Source: an uncultured Verrucomicrobiae bacterium (lineage in GTDB: Bacteria; Verrucomicrobiota; Verrucomicrobiia; Chthoniobacterales; Chthoniobacteraceae). Taken from it: a stretch of DNA of 64,000 bases. Below the pieces are notes generated by a model that had not been told where the DNA came from, made no database searches, and was given only the letters and a program-made list of their open reading frames with translations. How positions within the stretch are numbered: the first letter of the stretch is position 1; each line of letters starts with the position of its first letter. The position numbers and the translations under genes are program-made. This document shows positions 10,843 through 23,559 of this stretch, one piece after another. The stretch lies in the NCBI GenBank assembly GCA_963769025.1, contig CAVYKI010000002.1, positions 1 through 64,000 on the forward strand. Direction: 5' to 3'.

Positions 10843-12958
10843 CCTTGCCGCCGATCCCCAGGCGGGCCCGCAACGTGGCGACCTCGTCGCGCAGCATGTC
10901 CCGCCTCGCCTGGAGAACGCTGACGTGCTGTTTCGCCCGCTCAAGCGCCGTTGCCAGTGCATCGCGCTCCGCCTCGATCGATTTCTCACGGTCAGTCGCC
11001 GAAACGTGGGTCCCGCCGGCATCCTTGGACTGGGCTTTGATCTGGTCGAGCTCGGCCCGGACTCTATCAGCTTCGCTTTTCAGCGCATCGAATTCAGCCG
11101 ACTTGCGGGCGATCTCGGCGGTGAGATCGGCTTTTTCCGCCTCGGTCCGGCCTGCCCGATCCACCGCCTCGGCTGCGGAACGCTCGGCTTTTTCCGCGCG
11201 CTCGTGCGCGGCGATGTGGCCCGCACGGTGTTCCTCCGCGCTCTCGAGCGCTTCGCGCGTCGTCGCCTCCTTTTCCGCGATGAGGCCGCTCAGCGTGTCC
11301 GCACGCGCCGCGAGCTGCTGAAGCTGCGGACTGCTGTTCTTTGCGACGGCCTCCGCGGATTCGGCCAGGTGCTTGAGGCGCGCGATTTCCTGTTCGGCGG
11401 CGGCTGCAGTTCCTTCGAGCTGTTTGCAACGACCGGCCAGATCGCCGCGCTCCGCCGTGACCTTTTCGAGTGCGGCGGCGAGGCGGCCATTTTCCATGGC
11501 GGCCGCTGTGGCTTCTTCGCGGAGCCGTGCAAGTTCGCCCCGGGCCGCTTCCATCGCGGGGGTCAGTTTCTCGATGGTCTTCCCGTGCTCGGCTGCCACG
11601 GCCGCGGCGTCGTCGCGTGCTTTCTCCGCGGCGCCGAGTTGGGCCGTGAGATCCCCGCGCTCCTGCTTGAGCGCGGAAAAACCGTGCGATAGCGCGGCGT
11701 GGCGCCGCTCGGCATCGGCGACCTTCGCCTCCAGCGCGGCGGACTGCTCCCTCAGAGCCCTTTCCGTCGCCTGCGCGCTGGCGAGTTCGTTGCGGAGGGA
11801 TTTCGCCGCCCCGGCTTCCGAGCCGAGCTCCGCCACACGGTTCTCCATGGTCGCGACCCGCCCGGCTTGCTCCGCGAGCCGCGTTTCCGCCGCTGCGTGC
11901 TTCGATTGCAGCTCAGCCAGGGTCACCCGCATCTCCGCCTCGGAATTCTTCGCGGCTTCGACTTGCGATTCGTATCCGCGCGCCTTTTCCGCTGCATTCT
12001 CGCAAATGGCGCAAAGTTCGCGTTGTGATTTCGCGAGTTCCTCCCGCAGCGGCAGCAGTTCCTCCACGATCCCCGTCAGCTCGGCACGCTCGGCTTCGAA
12101 AGCTGCGAGCTTCGCGGTCTGTTCTCCGAGCTGCGTCCCGGCCTGTGCGTGCTGCGCCTGCGCCTCCGCCAGTTCTGCGCGGACCCCGGCTTCGGCCTCC
12201 TGCGCGGCTTTCAACTGTGCGCGGAGATCGTCCGCCATCGCCTCAGCATCCGACCGTGCGCGCGCGAGCTCTTCGCGCAGACCCGGCGCTTCTGCTGCCG
12301 CTTCGGCCAGGGCGTCCCGCTCGGTTTGCAATGCATCGCGTTCCCCGGTGATCGCGGAAAGCTGGCTCTGGATCGCGCCATGCGTCGTCTTGAGCGCCGC
12401 CAACTCGGTCTGCAGCGCTGCGGCGGCGCTTTTCTCGGCCGCGAGGTTATCCTTGAGCGGTCGGAGCGTCGCGAGCTCAGTCTCCAAGGTCTTACGTTCC
12501 GACTGCAGCGCCTCGAGTTCCTGTTTCGCCTTCAGGGCTGCCGCTGCGCCTGTTTCGGCGGCGGACGCAAGGTCTTGGTGCGCCTTCGCGAGTTCATCCC
12601 GGAGCGGCCGGAGCGTTGTGACCTCGGTCTCCAGCGTCCTGCGTTCCGAAAGCAACCTCTCGATGTCCTGCCGCGCGTTCAGCGCCGCAGCCGTGCTCTC
12701 CGCGCGCAGCGCCTTCAGTTCCTCGGTGGCCTTTTCGGCCTGCAGCTCCGCCTTTTGCAGCTCCGCGTAAACCGCATCTGCCGAGCCCCCGACGATGGCC
12801 AGCTTGCGCTTGATGAGCACCTCGACCGGCGCGGTTTCCGAGCGCGGAATCACCAGCCGGCTGTGGCACGTCGGGCAGTCGATTTTCACACCCGCCGCCG
12901 ATGCATCGACGCCGATTTTTTGGGTGCACTCGGGACAGTGGAATTTGATGTCGGCCAT
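10808..12958 (-). CDS. Long coiled-coil protein with N-terminal zinc ribbon
   Basis: MADIKFHCPEC...IDCPTC then about 670 aa of A/E/L/K/R-rich heptads. Confidence 0.8.
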   Translation of the reverse strand: MADIKFHCPECTQKIGVDASAAGVKIDCPTCHSRLVIPRSETAPVEVLIKRKLAIVGGSADAVYAELQKAELQAEKATEELKALRAESTAAALNARQDIERLLSERRTLETEVTTLRPLRDELAKAHQDLASAAETGAAAALKAKQELEALQSERKTLETELATLRPLKDNLAAEKSAAAALQTELAALKTTHGAIQSQLSAITGERDALQTERDALAEAAAEAPGLREELARARSDAEAMADDLRAQLKAAQEAEAGVRAELAEAQAQHAQAGTQLGEQTAKLAAFEAERAELTGIVEELLPLREELAKSQRELCAICENAAEKARGYESQVEAAKNSEAEMRVTLAELQSKHAAAETRLAEQAGRVATMENRVAELGSEAGAAKSLRNELASAQATERALREQSAALEAKVADAERRHAALSHGFSALKQERGDLTAQLGAAEKARDDAAAVAAEHGKTIEKLTPAMEAARGELARLREEATAAAMENGRLAAALEKVTAERGDLAGRCKQLEGTAAAAEQEIARLKHLAESAEAVAKNSSPQLQQLAARADTLSGLIAEKEATTREALESAEEHRAGHIAAHERAEKAERSAAEAVDRAGRTEAEKADLTAEIARKSAEFDALKSEADRVRAELDQIKAQSKDAGGTHVSATDREKSIEAERDALATALERAKQHVSVLQARRDMLRDEVATLRARLGIGGKVTSGDEKPIAK

Positions 12959-13147
12959 TCGGGCTGGTCTGTTTTTTCCGGTGCGGCGCCCGCGATGGTC
13001 GCCGGCGAAAACCCGCACCGGGCGGGCAGGGGACGATACACGGCGGCTTCGACGCGCAAAGGGGAAACTCGCCGCGTTGAAATTTGGCGCGCGGGATGGA
13101 TGATCCTTCTGGCGTTTCCCGGAAAACTCCCCATCTTCCCGCGCCTC

Positions 13148-13777
13148 GTGAGCAACCTAACGACCAACCCGTCGTTTCCCCTGGAACTCCCGAAGGGCGA
13201 CTTCGACGCATTCATCTTTGATTGCGACGGCACGCTCGCCGACACCATGCCTACGCATTACCGCGCGTGGCAGACCGCGCTCGGCCCTCGGGTGGCGGAT
13301 TTTCCGGAGGCGATGTTTTACGAACTCGGCGGCGTGCCGACGTCCCGGGTCGTGGAAATCCTCAACGAACGGCACGGCTACAACATGCCCGTCGAGGAGA
13401 CCGTCGCCGTGAAGGAAAAGTACTTCCTCGAGTTCAGCAGCGAGATCGCCGCCATCGAGCCGGTCGTCGCGCTCGCGCGCGAATGGCATGGCCGCAAGCG
13501 CATGGCCGTCGCCAGCGGCGGGCACCGGCGCATCGTCATGAACACGCTGCGCGCGCTCGGCATCGCGGAACTCTTCGACGCAATCGTCTGCAGCGAAGAC
13601 TACCTCCGCGGCAAACCACACCCGGATCCCTTCCTCGAAGCTGCTAGCCGGCTGAACGTTGTCCCGGAGCGCTGCCTCGTCTTCGAGGACACGAGCACCG
13701 GTCTCGCCGCCGCGAAAGCCGCCGGCATGGCCTGCGTCCTCGTCCCCCCGCCGCCGCGGATTCCGACCGCGGGCTGA
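13148..13777 (+). CDS. HAD-family phosphatase (YqaB / beta-phosphoglucomutase-like)
   Basis: FIFDCDGTLADT, VASGG, GKPHPD, LVFEDT. Confidence 0.9.
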   Translation: MSNLTTNPSFPLELPKGDFDAFIFDCDGTLADTMPTHYRAWQTALGPRVADFPEAMFYELGGVPTSRVVEILNERHGYNMPVEETVAVKEKYFLEFSSEIAAIEPVVALAREWHGRKRMAVASGGHRRIVMNTLRALGIAELFDAIVCSEDYLRGKPHPDPFLEAASRLNVVPERCLVFEDTSTGLAAAKAAGMACVLVPPPPRIPTAG

Positions 13778-13785
13778 GCGGCTCT

Positions 13786-13899
13786 ATCCGCAGATTGCGC
13801 AGATTTTCGCAGAGTAAATGGGACGTCGCTTGCGACTTTGACAGTGCTGCATTGGCGACTCTTCGCCATCATCTGCGCGAATCTGCGTAATCTGCGGAT
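13786..13899. repeat. 114-bp MITE-like element with 28-bp inverted arms built from 9-bp CGCAGATT-type units
   Basis: Left ATCCGCAGATTGCGCAGATTTTCGCAGA versus reverse complement of right arm ATCCGCAGATTACGCAGATTCGCGCAGA (25/28). Confidence 0.8.
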
Positions 13900-13935
13900 C
13901 GTCTCGCTTCGTTTCCCGGTGTGGACTCGCTTTTC

Positions 13936-13973
13936 AAAAGCGAAAGGCGCGCGGCCTTTCGACCGCGCGCCTT
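13936..13973 (-). terminator. Intrinsic terminator of the metK-ahcY operon
   Basis: 11-bp stem AAGGCGCGCGG/CCGCGCGCCTT followed on the minus strand by TCGCTTTT, about 50 bp after the ahcY stop. Confidence 0.7.
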
Positions 13974-14020
13974 GCTGTTACAGTGCGGGGTGGGCGCACT
14001 GTGTTAGGGATTGGTTCGCC

Positions 14021-15511
<1,491 letters not shown>

Positions 15512-15536
15512 GGTAGTGCGGAGTTGAGGTTGTGAG

Positions 15537-16746
<1,210 letters not shown>

Positions 16747-16807
16747 GAGGTATGGGTAATGGGTTTTCGTTGGTCAGGATTCAGCGGATGCAAGAACGCA
16801 CTCACGA

Positions 16808-16823
16808 ATCATGATTGCATGAT
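16808..16823. promoter_or_regulatory. Palindromic operator upstream of metK-ahcY (SahR-like)
   Basis: ATCATG-attg-CATGAT perfect 6-4-6 inverted repeat about 60 bp before metK, downstream of a minus-strand TTGACC at 16846-16851. Confidence 0.55.
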
Positions 16824-16960
16824 ATGTTCCAAAGAAGCGCCTCGTGGTCAACCGGAAAGTTCGGCTTTTTCAGGGCGCCATCTGAGGGTGCCGACGGCTC
16901 TGCCCGAAAGGACGCCGGCCGCTTTCGGCTTGGGGGTTGATTCGCGGTTTTCCCGCGTGC

Positions 16961-18862
16961 ATGAACACGTTCGTGCCCCATCGCGCCGAACTCCACTCCA
17001 CACTGAAGCGCGTCTTCGGCTACGACTCGTTCCGCCCGTTGCAGGAGGAAATCATCACCGACGGCGCTGGACGGGCGCGATGTGCTCGCGCTGCTGCCGA
17101 CCGGCGGCGGAAAGTCGCTGTGCTTCCAGCTTCCCGCGCTGCTCGGCGACGGGCTCACGGTCGTCGTCTCGCCGCTCATCGCGCTGATGAAGGATCAGGT
17201 GGACGCACTCACAGCGATGGGCGTGGCGGCGACGTTTCTGAATTCCACGCTCGGCGAACGTGAGGCGAAGGATCGCGCTGAGCGGGCTCTGGAACAATGG
17301 CGACTACCGGCTGCTCTACGCCGCGCCCGAGCGGCTGATGCTGCCGGGCTTTCTGGAAAAACTGCGCGAGTGGAATGTGACGCTCATCGCGATCGACGAG
17401 GCGCACTGCATCAGCGAATGGGGCCACGACTTCCGCCCCGAATACCGCCAGATCGCAAAGCTGCGCGAACAGCTCCCCGGCGTGCCTTTCATGGCGCTCA
17501 CCGCGACGGCGACCGAGCGCGTGCGCGCGGACATCGTCGACGCAGCTCCACCTGCACGAACCCGCGAATTTACGTCGCGAGCTTCAACCGCCCGAACCTG
17601 ACGTACCGCGTCGTGCCGAAAGCAGGACGGCTACCGGCAGGCGCTGCGCTTCATCCGCGAACGCAAGGGCGAGTGCGGCATCGTGTATTGCTTCAGCCGC
17701 AAGGCCGCCGAGTCCGTCGCCGAAAGACTCACCGCCGACGGCGTCGCCGCGCAGCCCGTATCACGCCGGCCTCACCGACAAGGTGCGCGCGGAAAATCAG
17801 GAGCTGTTCCTGCGCGACGAAGTGCGCGTGATCTGCGCGACGATCGCCTTCGGCATGGGCATCAACAAGCCGAACGTCCGCTTCGTCATCCACTACGATC
17901 TGCCGAAGAATATCGAGGGCTACTACCAGGAAACCGGACGCGCCGGACGCGACGGCCTGCCCGGCGAATGCCTGCTGCTTTTCAACCCCGGCGACGCGAT
18001 GAAGCAGACGCGTTTCATCGACGAAAAGCCGAGCCCCGAGGAGCGCCGCATCGCCCGCGCGCAGCTCCAGCAGATGGTCCACTACGCCGAGTGCGCCGTC
18101 GTGCCGGCGCGCGCGAACTGCTCGGCTATTTCGGCGAGACGTACGCCGAGCAAAATTGCGGCGCATGCGACAACTGCCTCACGCCGCGCGAGACGTTCGA
18201 CGGCACGCTTGCTGCGCAGAAATTCCTCTCCTGCGTGTGGCGCGCACGCGAGGCGAGCTACCGCGGCGACGCCACCTTCGGCATCAATCACCACGCCGAA
18301 GTCCTCACCGGCGCTGACACCGAGCGCATCCGCAAATGGCAGCACGATCAGCTCTCGACCTTCGGCATCGGCAAGGAGCACCCGCGCGAAGGCTGGCAGC
18401 ACATCGGCCGCGAACTCGTGCGCCTCGGATTCCTCCGCCTCGCAAGCGGCGAATTCCCCACCGTCGAGCTGACCGACGAAGGAATGCACTTCTTGAAAAC
18501 CCGCCCCGCCGCTCGCACTCACGCGCCCGCCCGCCAAGCCCGAGCGCACCCGCAAAGGCGACCCCGCGCACGAGGCAAAGCCGCGTCCCGCGCGCAAAGG
18601 TGACATCGCGTGCGACGAGGCGCTCTTTGAAAGGCTCCGCACGCTCCGCCGCGAAATCGCCGACAGCCGCGGCGTCCCCGCCTACATCGTCTTCGGCGAC
18701 GTCTCGCTCCGCGAAATGGCGCGCGACTATCCGACGACCGAACGCGAGATGGAAAACATCAGCGGCGTCGGTACGAAGAAGCTCGAAGACTTCGGCGCGC
18801 AGTTCCTCGACGCCATCATCAAGCACCTCCGCGAAAACCCGAAGCAGGCGTTTCTCGACTAG
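16961..18862 (+). CDS. recQ: ATP-dependent DNA helicase RecQ (multiple frameshifts)
   Basis: [65 protein letters not shown]-terminal HRDC domain (VPAYIVFGD). Confidence 0.96.
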
Positions 18863-18865
18863 CAC

Positions 18866-18922
18866 GTAGCGCGGGCAATCCTGCCCGCGATCCCGCCGCG
18901 CGGACACGATTGTCCGCTTTAC
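18866..18922. repeat. REP doublet (two inverted GTAG-type palindromes)
   Basis: GTAGCGCGGGCAATCCTGCCCGCG plus inverted GTAAAGCGGACAATCGTGTCCGCG with a compensatory stem change. Confidence 0.75.
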
Positions 18923-19048
18923 CCGCCTCCTCCTTCGAGACTTTGCAGCAGCCGTAGGGCAATTGACCGTCCGCGCCGGGACTGGGCCGCGGCAAACGGG
19001 ACTGGCAGGAGTCGCATTCCTGTTGCAAAGTTTTCGCACTTTCCTCCC

Positions 19049-21755
19049 GTGACAAACGCGCCATCCACCATTGCACGATCGGCAGCACGCGATGGTGCGG
19101 CGTCATTTCTTGCCGCTTTGGTTGGTATCACGTGGTCGGTCGTGGCCACGAATGCCGCGACACCAGACACGAGCACGGCGCCGCCGACTGTGTTCGCCGT
19201 TCTTGAAGCACACTGCGTGAAATGCCACGGCGGCGAGAAGACGCAGGGCGGGCTGGACATCGTGACGCGCGAAGCCTTGCTGCGCGGCGGCGACAGCGGC
19301 GCGGCGGTGGTCCCCGGGAAGCCGGATGCGAGCCTGCTGATCCGTCAGGTGCGCCATGGGGAGACTCCGCACATGCCTTACAAGGAGCCGAAGCTGCCCG
19401 ACGCTGCCATCGCGCAACTCGTCGAGTGGGTGAAGGCCGGTGTCCCTTACGAGCGCGCTCTGGCAAAAGCACCGCCATCCGACAAGGGAAAGGACGCCGC
19501 GAAGTTCACGCTCACCGATGCCGACAGAAACCACTGGGCCTTTCAGCCGATCCGACGGCCGATGCCGCCGGAAGTTCAAGGATCAAAGCTCAAAGTTCAA
19601 AACCCCATCGATCAGTTCATCGTCGCGAACCTCGAAGCCGCGGGGCTGTCCCTTTCTCCAGCAGCGAGCAAGACCGTGCTCATCCGCCGCGTGACGCTCG
19701 ACCTTGTCGGCCTGCCGCCAACGCCTGCGGAGATCGATGCGTTCGTGAACGACACCTCGCCGACAGGCCTACGAGACGCTGCTCGATCGCCTGCTCGCCT
19801 CGCCGCACTACGGCGAACGCTGGGGCCGGCACTGGCTCGACCTCGCGCGCTTCGCGGAGACGGACGGCTTCGAGCACGACGCGGTGCGTCCGCACTCGTG
19901 GCGCTATCGCGATTACGTCATCAAGTCGTTCAACGACGACAAGCCGTACGACCGTTTCATCCGCGAGCAGATCGCGGGCGATGAACTCTGGCCCGGCGAC
20001 GCCGAGGCGCTCACGGCGACGGGCTTCAATCTGCTCGGCCCGGACATGGTGGACAGCTCGGACCAAATCCAGCGCCGCCACAACACGCTCAACGACATGA
20101 CCGACACCGCGTCGCTCGCGTTCCTCGGCCTCACGATGGGCTGCGCGCGCTGCCACGACCACAAGTTCGAGCCGATCTCGCAGCGCGACTACTACGCCGT
20201 GCAGGCGTTTTTCACTCCGGCAAAATTCGTCCGCGACACGCCGGTGCCCACGCCCGCCGCGCGCGCCGAGTTCGATGTCGCGATGAAAAAATACAGCGAA
20301 AACCCGACGGTGCGCGAACTCGCGGAACTCGACGCCCCGGTTCGTGCGAAGCTCTTCGAGAAAAAGGTCGCCAAGCTCGCACCCGAGGCGCAGGTCGCGC
20401 ATCGCACGCCGCCCGAGCAGCGCAATGCCGAGCAGGCGAACCTCGTCCTCGAAACGGAGGACAAGGTGAAAATTTCCGAGAAGGAAATCGCGAGCGCCGT
20501 GACTGGCGACGAACGTGAACGTCGGCAGGCGCTGCTCGACGAAGTGAAGAAACTCCCGAAGCCGCCCGAACTGCCCAAGGCCATGACGCTCGCCCGTGGC
20601 GATGCATCGGCGAAAACATTCCTGCTGAATCGCGGCGAATACAGCCAGCCGCAGGAGCAGGTCGCGGCGGGATTTCCCGCAGTGCTCAATGTGGGACAGG
20701 CTTCCAGCCTGCCCTCTTCTGGAGGTGTACCTCACAATGAGGCGGGAAACGGCGACGTAAACTCGCGCGCCCTGTCGCCCCTTTCCCGCGCCGCGCTCGC
20801 AGACTGGATCGCGTCCCCGAAAAACCCGCTCACCGCGCGCGTGATGGTGAACCGCATCTGGCAGCATCATTTCGGCCGCGGCCTCGTCGCGACGCCGAGC
20901 GACTTCGGCACGCACGGCGCGAGGCCGACGCACCCCGAACTGCTCGACTGGCTCGCGAGCGAGTTCATCGCACGCGGATGGAGCGTGAAGGAGATGCACC
21001 GGGTGATGCTCACGTCGCAGACTTACAGGCAGAGCAGTGCGAACGCGGAGCGCGGAGCGCGGAACGCGGAAAGAAATCCAGCCGCTGACTCGGCTCCAGA
21101 TTCAAAGCCGGACACTGGCGCGAACTCGGAAACCGAAATTCGCAATGCGGAAGGCGCAGCATCCTTTCCGCGTTCCGCGCTCCGCGTTCCGCGTTCGCCC
21201 GACCCGGACAACAAGCTCTACTCCCGCATGAACCGCCTGCGGCTCGAAGGCGAAGTCATCCGCGACTCCCTGCTCGCCATCAGCGGACAGTTGAACCCGG
21301 AACTGGGCGGCCCCGGAGTTTTTCCGCCGATTCCGAAGGAGGTCATCGCAGGGGCAAAAGGCGGCTGGCCGCAGAACGACCGCGCGCACGACTGGTCGCG
21401 GCGCAGCATCTACATTTTCGCGCGGCGCAATCTGCGCTTTCCATTCCTCGAGGTGTTCGACGCGCCGGACAACAACCTGAGCTGCCCCGCGCGCGAACGC
21501 AGCACCACCGCGCCGCAATCGCTCACGCTGCTCAACGCCGACGAGGTGACCGTCGCCGCGAAACTCACCGGGGCGCGGCTGATGAAGGAGGCCGCATCCA
21601 CCGACGAACGAATCGCGCTCGCCTACCACCTCGTGCTCGGCCGCCCGCCGTCGGCGAAGGAACGGGAACTCGCCCGCGCCTTCCTCGCGCAGTCGCCGCT
21701 GCACGAATTCTGCCGCGCACTCTTCAACCTGAACGATTTCGTTTACGCCGAGTAA
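19049..21755 (+). CDS. PSD1 / planctomycete cytochrome c domain protein (PSCyt1 + DUF1549 + DUF1553), frameshift about 19765
   Basis: CVKCH and CARCH heme motifs, HWAFQPI, RRVTLDLVGLPPT, WRYRDYVI, ARVMVNRIWQHHFGRG, PTHPELLDWLA, RRSIY. Confidence 0.93.
19572..19599 (+). repeat. Degenerate heptamer tandem repeat inside the PSD1 gene
   Basis: AAGTTCA AGGATCA AAGCTCA AAGTTCA, translated EVQGSKLKVQ. Confidence 0.6.
20691..20738. repeat. REP-like palindrome inside the PSD1 gene
   Basis: GTGG + GACAGGCT-TCC-AGCCTGCC hairpin, followed by a degenerate inverted copy (13/21 match). Confidence 0.6.
21039..21198. mobile_element. 160-bp palindromic element with 35-bp terminal inverted repeats, in frame inside the PSD1 gene
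   Basis: GCGAACGCGGAGCGCGGAGCGCGGAACGCGGAAAG matches the reverse complement of 21164-21198 at 34/35; arms are heptamer arrays. Confidence 0.8.
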
Positions 21756-21785
21756 GCTTCGGGCGTTCCTCTATGTCTCCTGCAA

Positions 21786-22904
21786 ATGAAAATGAATAGG
21801 CCACTGATTGCAGCCGCCTTTCTTGCTGTGATTCTCGCGGCCATCGCGCTCTGGCAGCACAAAAGGCTCCCGGTCGCTCCCGCAGGCGTGGGTGAGTCCG
21901 CCGGCCAGGCGACAACGGTTGGCCCTGCTCCGACGCAAGGTTCCCCAGTCACGCAGCAATCTCAGCCTGCTACAGTATCGGATGCTCCTGTAACACCCCG
22001 GAAAAAGTTCGCTGACATGGGTGTTTTGGAGGCGAGAGCAATTACCAGTGAAATCGCAAAACAGGACCTGCCCGCGATTTTTCAGGCCATGATCGACGCA
22101 AAACGTGTGGAGCAGGATTCACGGAAACAATTCAGCCTTAAGAACGTTTTTTCGAATGCCCTGAACGACAAGAAACCAAGCCCGGAGTTTCTGGAACAAT
22201 TGTACGGATTCATCAACGACAGGGCGAACTCAGAGTTTGAGCGATCACTGCTGATCGGGGCACTGCAGGAGGCTGCGACACCGGAAACTTTCGATCTTTT
22301 GATCCGAGTGGCGAATAGCTCGCCTGACAAGAAGATGCGGGAGTATGCAGGCAGTCTTGGCGACGTAGGAGACAATCCTCAGAACCGTCCCGAACTCTCA
22401 CCGATCCTGGAGCGCACATGGCGAGAGACCGGCAATCCAACCCTGATCATTAGCACGGCATCCGCAATGGCGAGAATCGGGAAGCCCAGCGGCATCGAAA
22501 TGCTCCTTTCGGCGGCATTGGCGACCGATGAACGGGATAAGAAAAGGCGGATCGCGGCAGAGTCTGCACTCTGGGAGGTATTTGTGGGCGATGCCGTACC
22601 ACCACTTGCTGCCCGGCTGGCAAACAAATCCCCCACGAGCCCGGAGGTCCAGCTGGTCGCCCCGATCTTGGCGAGGATCACTGACCCCAGCGCCAGCAAA
22701 GCCGTGGTGGATTGGCTGCAAGACCGGAGGGAGAATGCCGCCCCGCTCATTCATGACTATATCCGCCAACACATGCGCGGTGATCCGTTCACATCTGCGT
22801 GGGCCACCGCGCTCGATCCGGCGGTGCCATTCAAGAACGAGGAAAACCGCAAGGCGATCCGCGAGGCCCTCGACGCATACCGTGCGGGTCGCGCAAGGCG
22901 GTGA
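21786..22904 (+). CDS. Hypothetical membrane-anchored helical (HEAT-like) repeat protein
   Basis: N-terminal hydrophobic helix, P/Q/T linker, HEAT-like helices (ASAMARIG, AVPPLAARL); more A/T-ending codons than flanks. Confidence 0.6.
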   Translation: MKMNRPLIAAAFLAVILAAIALWQHKRLPVAPAGVGESAGQATTVGPAPTQGSPVTQQSQPATVSDAPVTPRKKFADMGVLEARAITSEIAKQDLPAIFQAMIDAKRVEQDSRKQFSLKNVFSNALNDKKPSPEFLEQLYGFINDRANSEFERSLLIGALQEAATPETFDLLIRVANSSPDKKMREYAGSLGDVGDNPQNRPELSPILERTWRETGNPTLIISTASAMARIGKPSGIEMLLSAALATDERDKKRRIAAESALWEVFVGDAVPPLAARLANKSPTSPEVQLVAPILARITDPSASKAVVDWLQDRRENAAPLIHDYIRQHMRGDPFTSAWATALDPAVPFKNEENRKAIREALDAYRAGRARR

Positions 22905-22956
22905 GAGCGCAAGTCAAAGAACTCGCGTCGCCCTTCAAAAACCCGCAGGATAGGCC

Positions 22957-23493
22957 ATGACCGCGAAGAAGTTTTACGACTGGCAGACTGTCGGCGGCAC
23001 CGACGATGTCATGCGTTTGGTGGATTCCCTGGAGCGCGCGGATATTCCGTGGTGCGCCATCGGCGGGGTCGCGGTGAATCATTGGGCGGCGGAGCCGATG
23101 GTGACTCAGGATGTTGATTTTGTCGTCGCCACCGAGGCAATCGAACGGGCCACGGAGATTCTCACCGGGGCCGGTTTCCGGTCTGAGAAATTCAAGTGGT
23201 TCATCAACTTCACGGGGCAATCGAAAGTCAGCCTCCAGCTGAGCACCGAGGATTTCTACCGCGACTTTCCGAGCCGCGCCGTCGCTGCGGACGTGCATGG
23301 CATCCTGCTCCGGGTCGCCTCGCTGGAGGACACGCTGAAAGGCAAGATTCTGGCATGGAACGATTCCACGCGACGGCAGAGCAAACGAATCGAGCTTCTC
23401 GGTGACATCGCGCGGATGATCGAGGCGCATCCGCATTTGTGGGAGTCGCTCAATGATGAACTCAAGCGGCAGATCGAACGGCCAACGGGCTGA
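22957..23493 (+). CDS. Minimal nucleotidyltransferase-fold protein (AbiEii/DUF6036-like)
   Basis: AIGGVAVNHW...TQDVDFVV motif and RVASLEDTLKGK helix. Confidence 0.7.
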   Translation: MTAKKFYDWQTVGGTDDVMRLVDSLERADIPWCAIGGVAVNHWAAEPMVTQDVDFVVATEAIERATEILTGAGFRSEKFKWFINFTGQSKVSLQLSTEDFYRDFPSRAVAADVHGILLRVASLEDTLKGKILAWNDSTRRQSKRIELLGDIARMIEAHPHLWESLNDELKRQIERPTG

Positions 23494-23559
23494 TCGTGCG
23501 CTGAGTCCGTAAGGCCGCCCACGCTTGCGCACCGAACTGCACCACGGCATCTTCACCGC

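Noticed and set aside
10808..12958. Coiled-coil protein as SMC
   Set aside because: No Walker A/B, signature motif or hinge
16747..16960. SAM or SAH riboswitch upstream of metK
   Set aside because: No recognisable conserved core; predicted promoter leaves only a short leader
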